Translations under genes and position numbers: made by a program
In this document: one piece after another, positions 1 through 10,778 of the stretch
Position numbering within the stretch: the stretch's first letter is position 1
How the letters are laid out: every line of letters begins with the position of its first letter
Notes under the pieces: generated by a model
What the model saw: the letters and a program-made list of their open reading frames with translations, nothing else
Database searches by the model: none
Told to the model about the DNA's origin: nothing
DNA from: Hyphomicrobiales bacterium
GTDB taxonomy: Bacteria > Pseudomonadota > Alphaproteobacteria > Rhizobiales > JAJFHC01
NCBI GenBank assembly: GCA_965275905.1
Contig: CBDHYJ010000081.1
Coordinates: forward strand, 88,392 to 152,391
Length of the DNA stretch: 64,000 nucleotides
Reading direction: 5' to 3'

Positions 1-227
1 AGAATGATCTGGCCGGGCGCCGGATAGCTCGTGTTGTTCTCGAACCCGACGCCGAAGTCGAGATCGCCAAGCGGAATCCAGACACCCTCGCCGCTCCAGC
101 GGACATGCACGACCTTGCTCACGAACGGCATCGCCCGCTGGAAAGCAGCACAGGTTTCCGGCGCCTGTTCGGTTTCGAACCGGCCGTCGAACGTGAATGG
201 CCCGGCGGTAACGCGCAAGTCTGACAT
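1..227 (-). CDS. DUF3830 family protein (3' end outside window)
   Basis: Manual translation MSDLRVTAGPFTFDGRFETEQAPETCAAF...HVRWSGEGVWIPLGDLDFGVGFENNTSYPAPGQII; RBS GAAGGA upstream; downstream of thrS. Confidence 0.75.
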   Translation of the reverse strand, partial: MSDLRVTAGPFTFDGRFETEQAPETCAAFQRAMPFVSKVVHVRWSGEGVWIPLGDLDFGVGFENNTSYPAPGQII

Positions 228-265
228 AGGTCCTTCCCGTGATCGCCCGAAGGCAAGAGCTGGGA

Positions 266-2209
266 TCAGGCCGCCGCCCTCACTGCCCTGCGGATCTGGT
301 CGGGCGCCTTTGCCTCTATGACGAGCGCGCCAATGGCCTCGTCCAGCGACGCCGAACTCTGGTCCTTCGAGCCGAGCCTGCGGATAGAGACAGTGCCTTC
401 TTCCGCCTCGCGCTTGCCGCAGACGAACAGCACCGGCACCTTGGCCAATGAATGCTCACGCACCTTGTAGTTGATCTTCTCGTTACGAAGATCGACTTCG
501 GCCGTGAGACCGGCAGCCCGCACGGCGTCCGCCACCTGGAGTGCGTAGTCGTCGGCATCGGACGTGATCGTCGTCACGACAACCTGCAGAGGCGAAAGCC
601 ATAGCGGGAAGTGTCCAGCATGATGCTCCACCAGGATGCCGGTGAAACGTTCCAGCGATCCGAACAGGGCCCTGTGCAGCATCACCGGGCGATGCTTTTC
701 GCCGTCGGCACCGATGTAGAAGGCGTCCAGCCGCTCCGGCAGGTTGAAATCCGCCTGCACGGTGCCGCACTGCCATTCGCGGCCAATCGCATCACGCAGA
801 ACGTAGTCGAGTTTCGGCCCGTAGAAGGCGCCGTCTCCCGGCTCGTACTCGAAGGCCGCCCCGGCCGCCTCGCCCGCCTCGCGGAGCGCCTTTTCGGCTT
901 TGTCCCAGACATCGTCCGAACCAACCCGTTTCTCCGGCCTGTCCGCAAACCGGATCAGCACATCTTCGAATCCGAAGTCCCGGTAGATCGACAGGATCAG
1001 GTCGTTGATCTTGATGGCCTCGTCCTTGAGCTGCTCTTCGGTGCAGAAGACGTGGGCATCGTCCTGCGTGAAGCCGCGCACGCGGAACAGCCCATGAAGG
1101 GCACCGGACGGCTCGTAGCGGTGCACCTTGCCGAATTCGGAGATCCGCATCGGCAGGTCTCGATAGCTCTTGAGGCCGTTCTTGAACAGCTGCACGTGAC
1201 CGGGACAGTTCATCGGCTTGAGCGCGAACACGCGTTCGTCCTCGGTCTGCGTGATGAACATGTTCTCGTGATACTTGTCCCAGTGCCCCGACGCTTCCCA
1301 GAGCGCACGGTCAAGCAGCTGAGGGGTATTCACCTCGACATATTCGGCGTCCTCCTGACGGCGCCGCAAATAGGCCAGGAGGTTCTGGAACAGTTTCCAG
1401 CCCTTCGGATGCCAGAACACGACGCCCGGCCCCTCGTCCTGGAAGTGGTACAGGTCCATCTCGCGGCCGAGCCGCCGGTGATCGCGCTTCTCGGCCTCCT
1501 CCAGCATGTGGAGATAGTTCTTGAGGTCCTTGTCGCTGGCCCAGGCCGTGCCGTAGATCCGCTGGAGCATGGCCTTGCTGGAATCGCCGCGCCAATAGGC
1601 GCCAGCCAGCTTCTGCAGCTTGAACGCACCGCCGATCTTGCCCGTCGACGGCATGTGCGGCCCGCGGCACAGATCAAGCCATTCACCTTGCCGGTAAATG
1701 CGCAGATCTTCGCCTTCCGGAATTGCTTCAACGAGTTCGACCTTGTACTGCTCGCCCTGCGCCGCGAAATACTCTTTCGCCTCGTCACGGGACCAGACTT
1801 CCTTGGTGAATGGCTGATCGCGGCCGATGATCTCTCTCATCTTGGCTTCGATCTTCTCGAGGTCTTCCGGACGGAACGGCTCGTTACGCGCAAAGTCGTA
1901 ATAAAACCCGTTCTCGATCACCGGTCCGATCGTCACCTGGGTACCGGGAAACAGCTCCTGGACGGCTTCCGCCATCACGTGGGCGGCGTCATGCCGAATC
2001 AGTTCCAGAGCGGCATCGTCGTCGCGGGTCACGATGGCGATTTCGGAATCCGTTTCAATGAGATCTGCCAAATCCTTGAGATCGCCGTTCACCTTCATGG
2101 CGACGGCCTTTTTGGACAGGGATTTGGAAATCGATGCCGCGAGATCCGCGCCGGAAATCGGCTGGTCATATTCGCGTTGGGCGCCGTCGGGGAAAGTTAG
2201 CGTAATCAT
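266..2209 (-). CDS. thrS: Threonine--tRNA ligase
   Basis: TGS N-terminus (MITLTFPDG), editing motifs RHDAAH and DLCRGPH, KPMNCP, class II core, anticodon-binding domain; AAGGAG RBS before ATG at 2209. Confidence 0.98.
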   Translation of the reverse strand: MITLTFPDGAQREYDQPISGADLAASISKSLSKKAVAMKVNGDLKDLADLIETDSEIAIVTRDDDAALELIRHDAAHVMAEAVQELFPGTQVTIGPVIENGFYYDFARNEPFRPEDLEKIEAKMREIIGRDQPFTKEVWSRDEAKEYFAAQGEQYKVELVEAIPEGEDLRIYRQGEWLDLCRGPHMPSTGKIGGAFKLQKLAGAYWRGDSSKAMLQRIYGTAWASDKDLKNYLHMLEEAEKRDHRRLGREMDLYHFQDEGPGVVFWHPKGWKLFQNLLAYLRRRQEDAEYVEVNTPQLLDRALWEASGHWDKYHENMFITQTEDERVFALKPMNCPGHVQLFKNGLKSYRDLPMRISEFGKVHRYEPSGALHGLFRVRGFTQDDAHVFCTEEQLKDEAIKINDLILSIYRDFGFEDVLIRFADRPEKRVGSDDVWDKAEKALREAGEAAGAAFEYEPGDGAFYGPKLDYVLRDAIGREWQCGTVQADFNLPERLDAFYIGADGEKHRPVMLHRALFGSLERFTGILVEHHAGHFPLWLSPLQVVVTTITSDADDYALQVADAVRAAGLTAEVDLRNEKINYKVREHSLAKVPVLFVCGKREAEEGTVSIRRLGSKDQSSASLDEAIGALVIEAKAPDQIRRAVRAAA

Positions 2210-2221
2210 CTTTTGCTCCTT

Positions 2222-2251
2222 GCTCACTCGCTGCATACCACGCAGGTAAGC
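2222..2251 (-). promoter_or_regulatory. Putative thrS translational operator hairpin with Thr-anticodon-like loop
   Basis: Minus strand GCTTAC-CTGCG-TGGTA-TGCAG-CGA-GTGAGC directly before AAGGAG; loop contains U-GGU-A. Confidence 0.6.
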
Positions 2252-2441
2252 TGTTGGTCGGCGACAGAAAGTATCGCCGATTTCCGGGCTATTTCTGCCC
2301 GCAACCCGTGAGTCGCGTCAAGGCGAAATGCGCCGACCGCCGCGTCCACGAACAGGCGCATGACATAGTCATCGCCGTGCGATATGTCCATGGCCTGAGC
2401 AATGGATACGAAACACAGACCTGTTCCGGGAGGAGATCGCC

Positions 2442-2612
2442 GTGCCTGCTAACGTGAGAGAAATGATTATTCTGGCCGTGCTGGCGATCGCAGGCATTGT
2501 CATTGCGGAGTACATGGGCGGTCCGAGATGGCGCAAGGCGCTGACGGCAGGCGTTCTGGTTGCGCTCCTGGTCACCGGCTGGAAGATCTACACCGGCGAA
2601 ATCGTATTCTGA
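2442..2612 (+). CDS. Small two-TM membrane protein (56 aa)
   Basis: GGAGGAG RBS, GTG start, MPANVREMIILAVLAIAGIVIAEYMGGPRWRKALTAGVLVALLVTGWKIYTGEIVF. Confidence 0.6.
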   Translation: MPANVREMIILAVLAIAGIVIAEYMGGPRWRKALTAGVLVALLVTGWKIYTGEIVF

Positions 2613-2624
2613 CCCAAATTCACT

Positions 2625-2975
2625 CTAACCGCCCGCGTCCAGGAACGCCTTGAGCACAGCGGCACCGCTGTGCTCCACATCCCGCGTCGCAAGGACAAAA
2701 CACACACGGCCCTCCCCGGCCAGCGACTTCAATAGGTCCAACTGTTCCCTGTTCGACTTCAGTTCGTCCTTGTAGCGCTTCCGAAAGTCGTCCCAGCGTT
2801 CGGGCCGGTGATCGTACCATCGCCTGAGTTCGTTGCTCGGGGCGATGTCCTTCAGCCAGTGATCAATCGCAAGTTTATCCTTGGAGACACCACGCGGCCA
2901 CAGTCGCTCAACGAGAATGCGCAGACCATCGTCGTCGGATGGAGGGTCATAGGCACGCTTCAATGAAATTTCCAT
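2625..2975 (-). CDS. DUF488 (YeaO-like) family protein
   Basis: KRAYDPPSDDDGLRILVERLWPRGVSK and APSNELRRWY motifs. Confidence 0.9.
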   Translation of the reverse strand: MEISLKRAYDPPSDDDGLRILVERLWPRGVSKDKLAIDHWLKDIAPSNELRRWYDHRPERWDDFRKRYKDELKSNREQLDLLKSLAGEGRVCFVLATRDVEHSGAAVLKAFLDAGG

Positions 2976-3005
2976 CGGGAATTCCAGACACGGAACGCCG
3001 GCGCT

Positions 3006-3332
3006 CTATTGGAGTGGAGTCGTTTCGCTGATGACCCATTCCTTGTAGGCAGCGTCAAGAAAGTCGATCTCGATCGCGAAAATGCTCGGCGTCTCATAAG
3101 AGTGCAAATCACGAACAAGCGAGGCCAGGTCTTCAAAGCGCCGGGCCGCCGTTCTGAGCACAAGCGGAGTCTCGGTCCTCCGCTCAAGAATCCCGTTCCA
3201 CCGGAACGCACTATTGACCGGAGCGTGAATATTGCACGCCGAAGCAAGGCGGCGTCCGATCGCCTCGTCGGCGATCATCTGAGCTTCTTTTTTGTTGGCA
3301 CAATTGACATAAACGTTGACGACACCGCTCAT
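3006..3332 (-). CDS. cutA: Divalent-cation tolerance protein CutA
   Basis: RLASACNI, HSYETPSI, YKEWV motifs; 108 aa. Confidence 0.85.
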   Translation of the reverse strand: MSGVVNVYVNCANKKEAQMIADEAIGRRLASACNIHAPVNSAFRWNGILERRTETPLVLRTAARRFEDLASLVRDLHSYETPSIFAIEIDFLDAAYKEWVISETTPLQ

Positions 3333-3410
3333 GGCACCCCTCTCCAGCCTGTTTGCCCCGCATCCCGACGTTCGGCAACGCGCAAAAGTTCCTTTACCGC
3401 AAATGCAGAC

Positions 3411-5798
3411 TCAGCGTTCGGCCACCTCCCTCACCGTGACCATGGCACTGCCCTGATTGTTGGCGTAATAGCATTTCCACGGATCACGCTCCTCGAATCC
3501 GTCTTTCGGACTGCAGAAACGATCGCTGTCGAAGGCGTTGATCGCATCGTTGACGAAGAGATAAAGCCTGCCCGTGCGCCAGGCATAGAACCGGAAAGAA
3601 TAAGTCCCCGCGTTGTCGGCTTTCGCCTCGATCCGGAATACGTGGTCACGCGACCGCCCGATCGACCCCATCATCGCGAACCAGTCTTCGGTCCAGAATC
3701 GCCGTGCGAGTGACAGTGATGCCATCTTTATCCGTGTGCCCCAGCTCAATTCGCTCCAGGCCAGTCCGGACGGACTTGCGGTGAACCGGTGATCGCGCCA
3801 CGCCTCCCCGAGTTCGATTGTGATGCTGTATTCGCGGCCCTGCATCAGGTTGAAACCCGAACTCGTGCAAGGATCGTCGGTCGAGAACGCGACGCTTTCA
3901 CCAAGCGGTCTGTCGCGCACCTGACCCGCCGCAGCATGAACGTGTGCACAGACGCTGTTCTGACCCAGTTGGTTGAACAGAACATAGCGCCACACAACGA
4001 TGGACGGCAGGACCAGAAACAGCAGCAGCACCATTACAAGGGGGAACGCATTCTTGGTCCAATACTGGTGAAACCCGCCAGTCGAGCCTCGCCAGGTCTC
4101 GATCCATTGCTTCCGTGGGACTTTGGTCGTGGTCGTGCCGCCGGCAACGTGCGCCCACGCGGCCTCCGCCCTCGCCTGCATGGCCCGCGAAATTGCACCC
4201 GACACGAGATAGGTGACAATGAACCCAGCGACCAGCAGCAGGAACCAAACCGCATGCTGCGTCCAGAACAGCCCGATCTGCTCAGTCCTTGGCAGCGGCA
4301 GATAGTCGAACACGAATGCGAGCCCGCCGACAATCGTCATCCCGAACCCGTCCGCGATCACCGCCCGGTTCGGCAGCCAGATCAAAGGCAGGACCACCAT
4401 CACGCCGGCAATGGCGGTCATTGCGTAATAGAATACCCGGCGCCAGAAGATCAGATCCTCGATACCGCGCTGCGCCTGGCGACGGCTATTGCGCTGGCCT
4501 GCGTCTTCATAGCCGGCAACGTCGGCGGAGACTGTTTCATACGCGGGATCTCCCGATGCTTCGAGGACGACATTGCCGTTTGGATCCCGTTTCGGGCGGA
4601 CAACGTCGTAGTCCTCCGGAATCCCGACGGGCGCGTAGTCTGCGCCGCTCTGCCTGATCCGTTGCAGCGTCGCCTCATGGATCTTGAACCGGTCGATGCG
4701 CACTTCCGGATAGCCGTTGCCGTCCAGATCCTCGTTGCCGAGCCGTTCGAGCATGCGCGGCTTGTACCGGTAGAATGCCGCGAGCCCTCGCCGCGAGTCA
4801 TGGATCTCCCCGTGCTCGGAAGCCCATTGCGCATGGTCGGTATAAGCGTCATCTCGCAACCGAAGGCCTGATCTCGTACGCGCCTCACCGAGCATCCAAA
4901 GCAGCGGCACGAACGACAGACGGTCGTTGGCGTAGCCGCCGCCAACATCCGCATGCATACCCGGAAACCACACCTGATGAGGCCTCGGATCGGGATCGCC
5001 CTGTCCGTCCTTGCTGTACTCCCTTTCCGTCCACAGCACCGGGTGGAACGTATGCCGCGCCTCGTCCAGCGCAAGAGCCTGGCAGGCGTTGTTGACCTTC
5101 CGGGACAGGATCATCCTGGGAAACCGCAGTGGCCAGATCCATTTGTGTATAGCGATCGCCATCTCGTCGATCGGCAGGCCGTAGGCCGAAACCGTGTCGA
5201 ACACACCGATAAACTCTATATCCGGGCGGGGAGAAACACTGAAGTTCTTCCGGAATTCATTGACGTCCGGAGTGTCCAGGATTGCATCGCGGATCCGTCG
5301 AAACAGCCTGGTGACCGGTGCCCGCGCGTTGCGCTTTCTCATGGCGCGGTAGCCAACCCGGACCGCCGACTTGAGACCCTCGTCTGTGGCCAGCGACAGC
5401 TTGACACGCCGGAGCTTCGTCCAGCTCCATATCTCGATCTCTTTGTTCGAGTTGCGATCTATGACACCGCAATGCTCGATCAGCCCCGATAAGACGCGGA
5501 TCGTGAAGGCGCCGCGCGAGAAGCCGAACAGGAAAATCCTGTCGTCACGACCGCTGTAGTGTCGGCACAGTTCCTCGTACAGTTGGCGGACATTGCGGGC
5601 GAGACCGAACCCGAAGGCACCGCCCAACGTCCGCAAAAGCCGGAAACCGCCCGTCCCCACGCCGTCGTCGTAAAATGCCAGTTGGTTGTTGTCACTAAGG
5701 TCGATTGCCTGAAAGATCCGCCAGACATTCGTTTTGGTTATCTTCGCCGCAGAATTGCCGGTCCCGTCGGACAGCAATACAAGATTGCGTACAGTCAT
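3411..5798 (-). CDS. DUF2235 (Tle1-like alpha/beta hydrolase) with central TM segments and C-terminal domain
   Basis: DGTGN, FGFSRGA, VFDTV, HADVGGGY motifs; hydrophobic helices after about residue 455. Confidence 0.85.
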   Translation of the reverse strand: MTVRNLVLLSDGTGNSAAKITKTNVWRIFQAIDLSDNNQLAFYDDGVGTGGFRLLRTLGGAFGFGLARNVRQLYEELCRHYSGRDDRIFLFGFSRGAFTIRVLSGLIEHCGVIDRNSNKEIEIWSWTKLRRVKLSLATDEGLKSAVRVGYRAMRKRNARAPVTRLFRRIRDAILDTPDVNEFRKNFSVSPRPDIEFIGVFDTVSAYGLPIDEMAIAIHKWIWPLRFPRMILSRKVNNACQALALDEARHTFHPVLWTEREYSKDGQGDPDPRPHQVWFPGMHADVGGGYANDRLSFVPLLWMLGEARTRSGLRLRDDAYTDHAQWASEHGEIHDSRRGLAAFYRYKPRMLERLGNEDLDGNGYPEVRIDRFKIHEATLQRIRQSGADYAPVGIPEDYDVVRPKRDPNGNVVLEASGDPAYETVSADVAGYEDAGQRNSRRQAQRGIEDLIFWRRVFYYAMTAIAGVMVVLPLIWLPNRAVIADGFGMTIVGGLAFVFDYLPLPRTEQIGLFWTQHAVWFLLLVAGFIVTYLVSGAISRAMQARAEAAWAHVAGGTTTTKVPRKQWIETWRGSTGGFHQYWTKNAFPLVMVLLLFLVLPSIVVWRYVLFNQLGQNSVCAHVHAAAGQVRDRPLGESVAFSTDDPCTSSGFNLMQGREYSITIELGEAWRDHRFTASPSGLAWSELSWGTRIKMASLSLARRFWTEDWFAMMGSIGRSRDHVFRIEAKADNAGTYSFRFYAWRTGRLYLFVNDAINAFDSDRFCSPKDGFEERDPWKCYYANNQGSAMVTVREVAER

Positions 5799-5933
5799 AG
5801 GGCGCCCCCTTTCCCGGATGACCTATTGAACGCTTGAAAGCCGGACAGGTCAAATCGGGCGGAGCCTGCGGCAGCGCGGGCATTCAATGCGAGGCGCCCG
5901 GCTTTCATGCATGCAGAGCACGATCAGTGGCCG

Positions 5934-7085
5934 TCAGTGCACAATCATGTCTTCCAGCGCTTTCGGGAATTTGGTGATCGGCTCATACCCGTCCTCAGTC
6001 ACGATCACGCTGTCGCCAACCTGGGCACGAAACGTCTTGGTAACGAGCACGCTGCCGTCGACCGCAAAAACCATTCCCGGCTGAAGAACGGTCTTGTCAC
6101 CGAAAACCAGTTGCGGATGTTCCAGGAAACTGAAGCCCGTGGCCCGGCCGCATCGAAACGGGTATTCATAGCCGGCGCTCTGTATGACCTCCGCGTAGGC
6201 TGCGTGGACCTCTTCCGCCGTCACGCCTGATCGAATAACACCGAGCGCTGCAGCCTGACTTTCAACCGCGACCTGATAGACCGATTCCTGCGTCTTGTCA
6301 GCCAGCTCGCTGACCCAGAACATACGGTCAAACCCCAGCTTGAAGCGGTGAAAGTTCGTCATGCCGCAAAAGCACAGGAAGACCGGGTCACCCCGTTCCA
6401 GTCGGCGCCGGCTGGCCCGGTGATGCGGCATGGTCGTCTCGCGGCCTGACGCCATGATCTGCAGGAAGTGTGTGTTCGGCGACATCCGCGCATCCTGATA
6501 ATACCCATCGAGCAGTGCCGCAGCCTTCCGCGTCCCCGCCGCCGAAGTCGCCAGCGCCACTTCATATTCAGGCACACCTTCGCCGATCGCGCGCCGTCCG
6601 GCTTCCATCATCGCCATGGCCACCTCACCCGCATGACGGGCAAGCTGCAATTCCTCGTCCGTCTTTATCATCCTCATGTCGGCGACAATGGGGATCACGT
6701 CGACAATCCGCGTCGGATCAACGATGGCATCAATGTAGTTGCGGACAACCGGCGGCATTTGGCTGGTCTCGAGCGCGACCGCGCCCGCGCCGCTCAGAAG
6801 ACCCGGCAGCGCTTCCCGCCATTCCTCGCCCATCCCGTCGTTCCACGGCTCGAGCCGGTCAACCCTGGCCGCGGCCTGGGCCATATCCAGTTCCATGCTG
6901 GGCGTAATGAGAACACTGGCTCCGTCCTTCGGAACCACCAGAATTGTAGGGCGGCCGAAATCCATATGGAGGTAGTCGTAGTAGCCGGTGAAGTAATAGA
7001 CGCTGTCGTCATCGGTTATCAGAGCAACGTCGATTCCGGCCTCATCAAGACGCGTCCTCAAGGCATCCAGCCTCTGTTCGAACAT
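5934..7085 (-). CDS. M24 (Xaa-Pro peptidase/creatinase) family protein
   Basis: Creatinase_N-like start, RMIKTDEEL, pita-bread domain; canonical metal ligands altered. Confidence 0.8.
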   Translation of the reverse strand: MFEQRLDALRTRLDEAGIDVALITDDDSVYYFTGYYDYLHMDFGRPTILVVPKDGASVLITPSMELDMAQAAARVDRLEPWNDGMGEEWREALPGLLSGAGAVALETSQMPPVVRNYIDAIVDPTRIVDVIPIVADMRMIKTDEELQLARHAGEVAMAMMEAGRRAIGEGVPEYEVALATSAAGTRKAAALLDGYYQDARMSPNTHFLQIMASGRETTMPHHRASRRRLERGDPVFLCFCGMTNFHRFKLGFDRMFWVSELADKTQESVYQVAVESQAAALGVIRSGVTAEEVHAAYAEVIQSAGYEYPFRCGRATGFSFLEHPQLVFGDKTVLQPGMVFAVDGSVLVTKTFRAQVGDSVIVTEDGYEPITKFPKALEDMIVH

Positions 7086-7295
7086 GGCGGTTGCATCTCC
7101 CCTGAATGCTTGCCGGCAGGCACGTCATGCCGGACGCCATAAACGCTAGAGCGCTGCGCCCCGCATTAGCAAGGCGTTATTTTGCTTGAGAAACAGTTGC
7201 GGGATTCCGGTCGACGCAACCCGCGCGAAATCGCCCGAAGAGCGCCTTCCACTTGGAGGCGCTATCAGACAATCCGCGATGCTTGATGTGTACAG

Positions 7296-8066
7296 CTATC
7301 CGCCGAACAGAATGAAACGTCGGTTCAGCGGTTGCACCGGGCGGAAATTGTTCGGAAACAGCTTGGCAAACGCCTCGATCTGCGCCTTGGAAGCGGTGAT
7401 CGGGTTCTTGAGAACATTCCATGCAACAATTTCCGAACAGGGCGGCGTGGTCAGCGACCCGGAATAGCGGAAACCGGCTCGCGAATCCGGAAGCATGGCC
7501 ATCGGGTCGACCTTGTCAGCACTCGAAGCCGTACCTTCCTTTTCAGGTGCCGCCGCCCAGATCGGCTTGAGCGAAGCGTTCTCATCACCTTCCCTGAAGA
7601 ACACGCCTATGACCGCCAGACCGCTGCCGTCAGTCTCCTTGTGAACGAAATGCACTTCCAGCGGAAACTGTTCTCCGTCGACCGTGTGCTCACTCTTGTG
7701 ATGGAAATGGAACTGCAGCAGATCGTACGAGACGCCGTCCATATTCATTATACCGGCGCCGGGCGTATTGACCTGGATCGTGTGACCATTGTTGACGACT
7801 TCGGCAAGCCGCACGGGATTCCAACTGATCGCCTTCTTGCCGATATCGGCATCGACGGCGTTGCTCAGGTCGACCGGCGATTGCCGGGTGCCGGTGCCGC
7901 ACGCTGAATAGGACGGGTCGAGTTTGCCCCAGTTGGCTGGTCCATTCTCGCCACCGTATGACCAATCTGCCTTTCCCGATGCCCACGCGGACTTGGCGGC
8001 AAGACCGGCACATACCGGGCAGGTAGCCGCGACAACCGCGCCGCGGACGAAGGTTCTGCGATCCAT
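7296..8066 (-). CDS. Alpha-class carbonic anhydrase, Tat-exported
   Basis: DRRTFV Tat motif; QSPVD, NNGHT, QFHFH..SEH, EVHFVH, GSLTTPPCSE, RPVQPLN. Confidence 0.95.
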   Translation of the reverse strand: MDRRTFVRGAVVAATCPVCAGLAAKSAWASGKADWSYGGENGPANWGKLDPSYSACGTGTRQSPVDLSNAVDADIGKKAISWNPVRLAEVVNNGHTIQVNTPGAGIMNMDGVSYDLLQFHFHHKSEHTVDGEQFPLEVHFVHKETDGSGLAVIGVFFREGDENASLKPIWAAAPEKEGTASSADKVDPMAMLPDSRAGFRYSGSLTTPPCSEIVAWNVLKNPITASKAQIEAFAKLFPNNFRPVQPLNRRFILFGG

Positions 8067-8152
8067 TTTTCCCTCACAAAAATAACGGCTAGCCGATCTA
8101 AGATGTCGTAGAGGAAACCTGCCGAGTCAAGGGCAAGCCAATCAAAGGATTG

Positions 8153-8614
8153 TCAGTCGGGCAATTCCACCACAATCTCTGATTTGACAGAGTTGGCGAT
8201 GAAACAGGCCTCATGCGACTCGTGATGGAGCTTTTCCGCTTCGGCCCTGTCGGGCGGCTCGCCTTCATATTCAACAATTGGCCGCAGGGTCACGCGTGTG
8301 ACGGCCATCTTGCCGTCGTCGTTCTTTTCCATGATCCCGTCCGCATCGTCAGTGTAGGCGTTCACGACGTAGCCGGCCCGCTGGGCGAAATGAAGGAAGA
8401 ACAGCATATGGCAGCTCGAAAGCGCCGCCACAAACGCCTCTTCCGGATCGACATTCTCTGCCACCGAATAGGGAACACGGACACTCAGCGGCGACGACGA
8501 GGCCGGCACTTCCGCGCCGCCGTCAAATGACCAGACGTGGCCACGGCTGTACCGGCCACTGGCAAAGTCCTCATCGCCGCGACTCCAACGTATCGTCGCC
8601 GTGTAGGTGTGCAT
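8153..8614 (-). CDS. OsmC family protein
   Basis: DPEEAFVAALSSCHML and CFIANSV motifs. Confidence 0.9.
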   Translation of the reverse strand: MHTYTATIRWSRGDEDFASGRYSRGHVWSFDGGAEVPASSSPLSVRVPYSVAENVDPEEAFVAALSSCHMLFFLHFAQRAGYVVNAYTDDADGIMEKNDDGKMAVTRVTLRPIVEYEGEPPDRAEAEKLHHESHEACFIANSVKSEIVVELPD

Positions 8615-8686
8615 CACACGACCCCTTTCGAACCGTCCGGCGCGCGCCCCGCCGGCGACCACCTTGTCCGGAAACGCAGAGTTAAG

Positions 8687-10778
8687 TCACTTCCGTATCG
8701 CGTCGGCGGTCCCCTGAATGAACGCAACAATCTTCGTCACATCATCCTTGGAAAGTTTCCCTTTGAAACTCGGCATTCCCTTGTCGGCGAGAGCATCGCT
8801 GAAAAGGATCTCATCCAGTACCTTTATCGTGTCCGCGCTTGAGAAACCGAGATTCGGAATATTGCCGCCGTTGTTGATGCCGGGCGCGCCATGACAGAAC
8901 ATACAGTTCGCCACATAGAGGCCGGCCCCGTCGGCCACGTTATCCTTGTCATAAGCCACGCCTGCGACCAGCTCTGTTCTGTCATTCGAGGCAACCTGGG
9001 GCATTTCGGCTTTTCCGCCTACCGCGAACGTATAGACCCGGCCCGGTCCGATCGGTCGCCCGTTGCAGCATGCCGTATACGCCGCCCCAGCCGACGGCAA
9101 TGGTCACGAACTGCTGCCCGTCGAGTTCCCAGGTCACGGGCGCTGCGACGACGCCGGAGCCGACGGGAGTCTGCCAGAGAATGGCTCCCGTGGTCGCGTC
9201 ATAAGCCAGGAACCGTCCGTCAGCCGTGCCCTGGAAAACCAGATTGCCCGCGGTGGCCAGCGTTCCGCCGTTCCACGGCGAAACATATTCCTGCCGCCAC
9301 ACCTCTTTCTGGGCCACAGGATCCCATGCCAGCAGATGGCCGAACGGTTTTGCCTTGGGCGGAATTGTGTTCAACATGAACCCCAGGTTCCATCCGAGAT
9401 TGCTGTGCGGCCTGCCTGCAAGGTGGGTGTCCAGCTTGAAGTCCTTGTCATGCTGCTGAACAAGCGGCACGCCCTGGGCCGGAATGTAGACGAGACCGGT
9501 CTGCGGGCTGAACGACATCGGATGCCAGTTATGCGCGCCGAATGCACTGGGAATCGTCTCCCACGGTTTGTCCTTTGAGCGCGCGCCCGGTGTCTCGATC
9601 GGCCGTCCGTTGGCGTCATATCCCTGCGCCCAGGTCACCTCGACAAAATTCTCCGCCGAAAGGAACCGTCCGGAGGTCCGGTCGATAACGTAGAAGAACC
9701 CGTTCTTGGGCGCGTGCAGAAGCACCTTGCGGAGCTTTCCGTCGATGACCAGATCGGCCAGGATGATGTGCTGCGTCGACGTATAGTCCCAGTTGTCGCC
9801 GGGTGTCTCCTGATAGTGCCAGACATACTCGCCGGTGTCGGGATTCAGGGCGACAACAGAAGCGAGGTAGAGATTGTCGCCGCCGCCGGGACTGCGTTTG
9901 TGCCGGTTCCACGGACTGCCGTTTCCGGTGCCGACATACATCAGGTTCAGCTCCGGATCGAAGGCCATGGAATCCCACATCGTGCCGCCGCCGCCGGCGA
10001 TCCAGTATTTCCCGGAGGGGTCCCAGGTCCCGGCGGCCCGTTCCATCGAGATATCCTCGTAAGGCTGAGCCGGATCGCCGGGCACGGAGAACCAGCGCCA
10101 CTTCTGCTCTCCCGTCTTCGCATCATAGGCCGTGATGTAGCCGCGCACCCCGTACTCGGCGCCGCCGTTGCCGATAATCACGTTGCCGTTGTAGACGCGC
10201 GGCGCGCCGGTGATGGTGTACGACTTCTTGCGATCGATGATCGTGTCTTTCTCCCAGACCTTGTCACCGGTCGCGGCATCGATCGCCACAAGCCGTCCGT
10301 CATAGGTCCCCACGAACACCCTGCCTTCGTAGAGTGCGACGCCGCGATTCACGACATCGCAACAACCCTTGTAAGCATAGTCGCGCGGCACCTGCGGATC
10401 GTAGGTCCAGATTGCCTGGCCTGTCTTTGCATCAAGCGCGTGAACGATGCTCCAGGACGCGGTGACATACATGACGCCATCCACGACGATCGGCGTCGCC
10501 TCGACACCCCGCCGCGAATTGAGGCCATAAGACCAGGCAAGCCCGAGCTGGCCGACATTGCCAGTGTTGATTTGATCGAGTCTGCTGAAGCGCGTCTCCG
10601 CGAAGTCGAGACCGTGGCTCAGCCAGTTCTTTGTCTCGGCGTTGTTGGCGATAATGGCCGCCTTGTCGACATTGCTTGTGACAGCCTTGATCCTGTCGGT
10701 TGAAATCGGTTCAGCTTGAACGACACCAATCCCGCAGATCATGGCCAGAGCAGCCGTAACAACACCGATGTGTTTCAT
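8687..10778 (-). pseudogene. Type II quinohemoprotein (PQQ) alcohol dehydrogenase, frameshifted near 9040 before the cytochrome c domain
   Basis: Signal peptide, PQQ propeller with CCDVVNRG and WDY; CMFCHG heme motif lies in a second frame (ORF 8687-9100); may be an assembly artefact. Confidence 0.85.

Noticed and set aside
611-2200. 529-aa ORF antisense to thrS
   Set aside because: Shadow ORF from high-GC codon bias; no recognisable motifs.
3411-5798. T6SS effector locus
   Set aside because: No vgrG, PAAR, hcp or immunity gene nearby.
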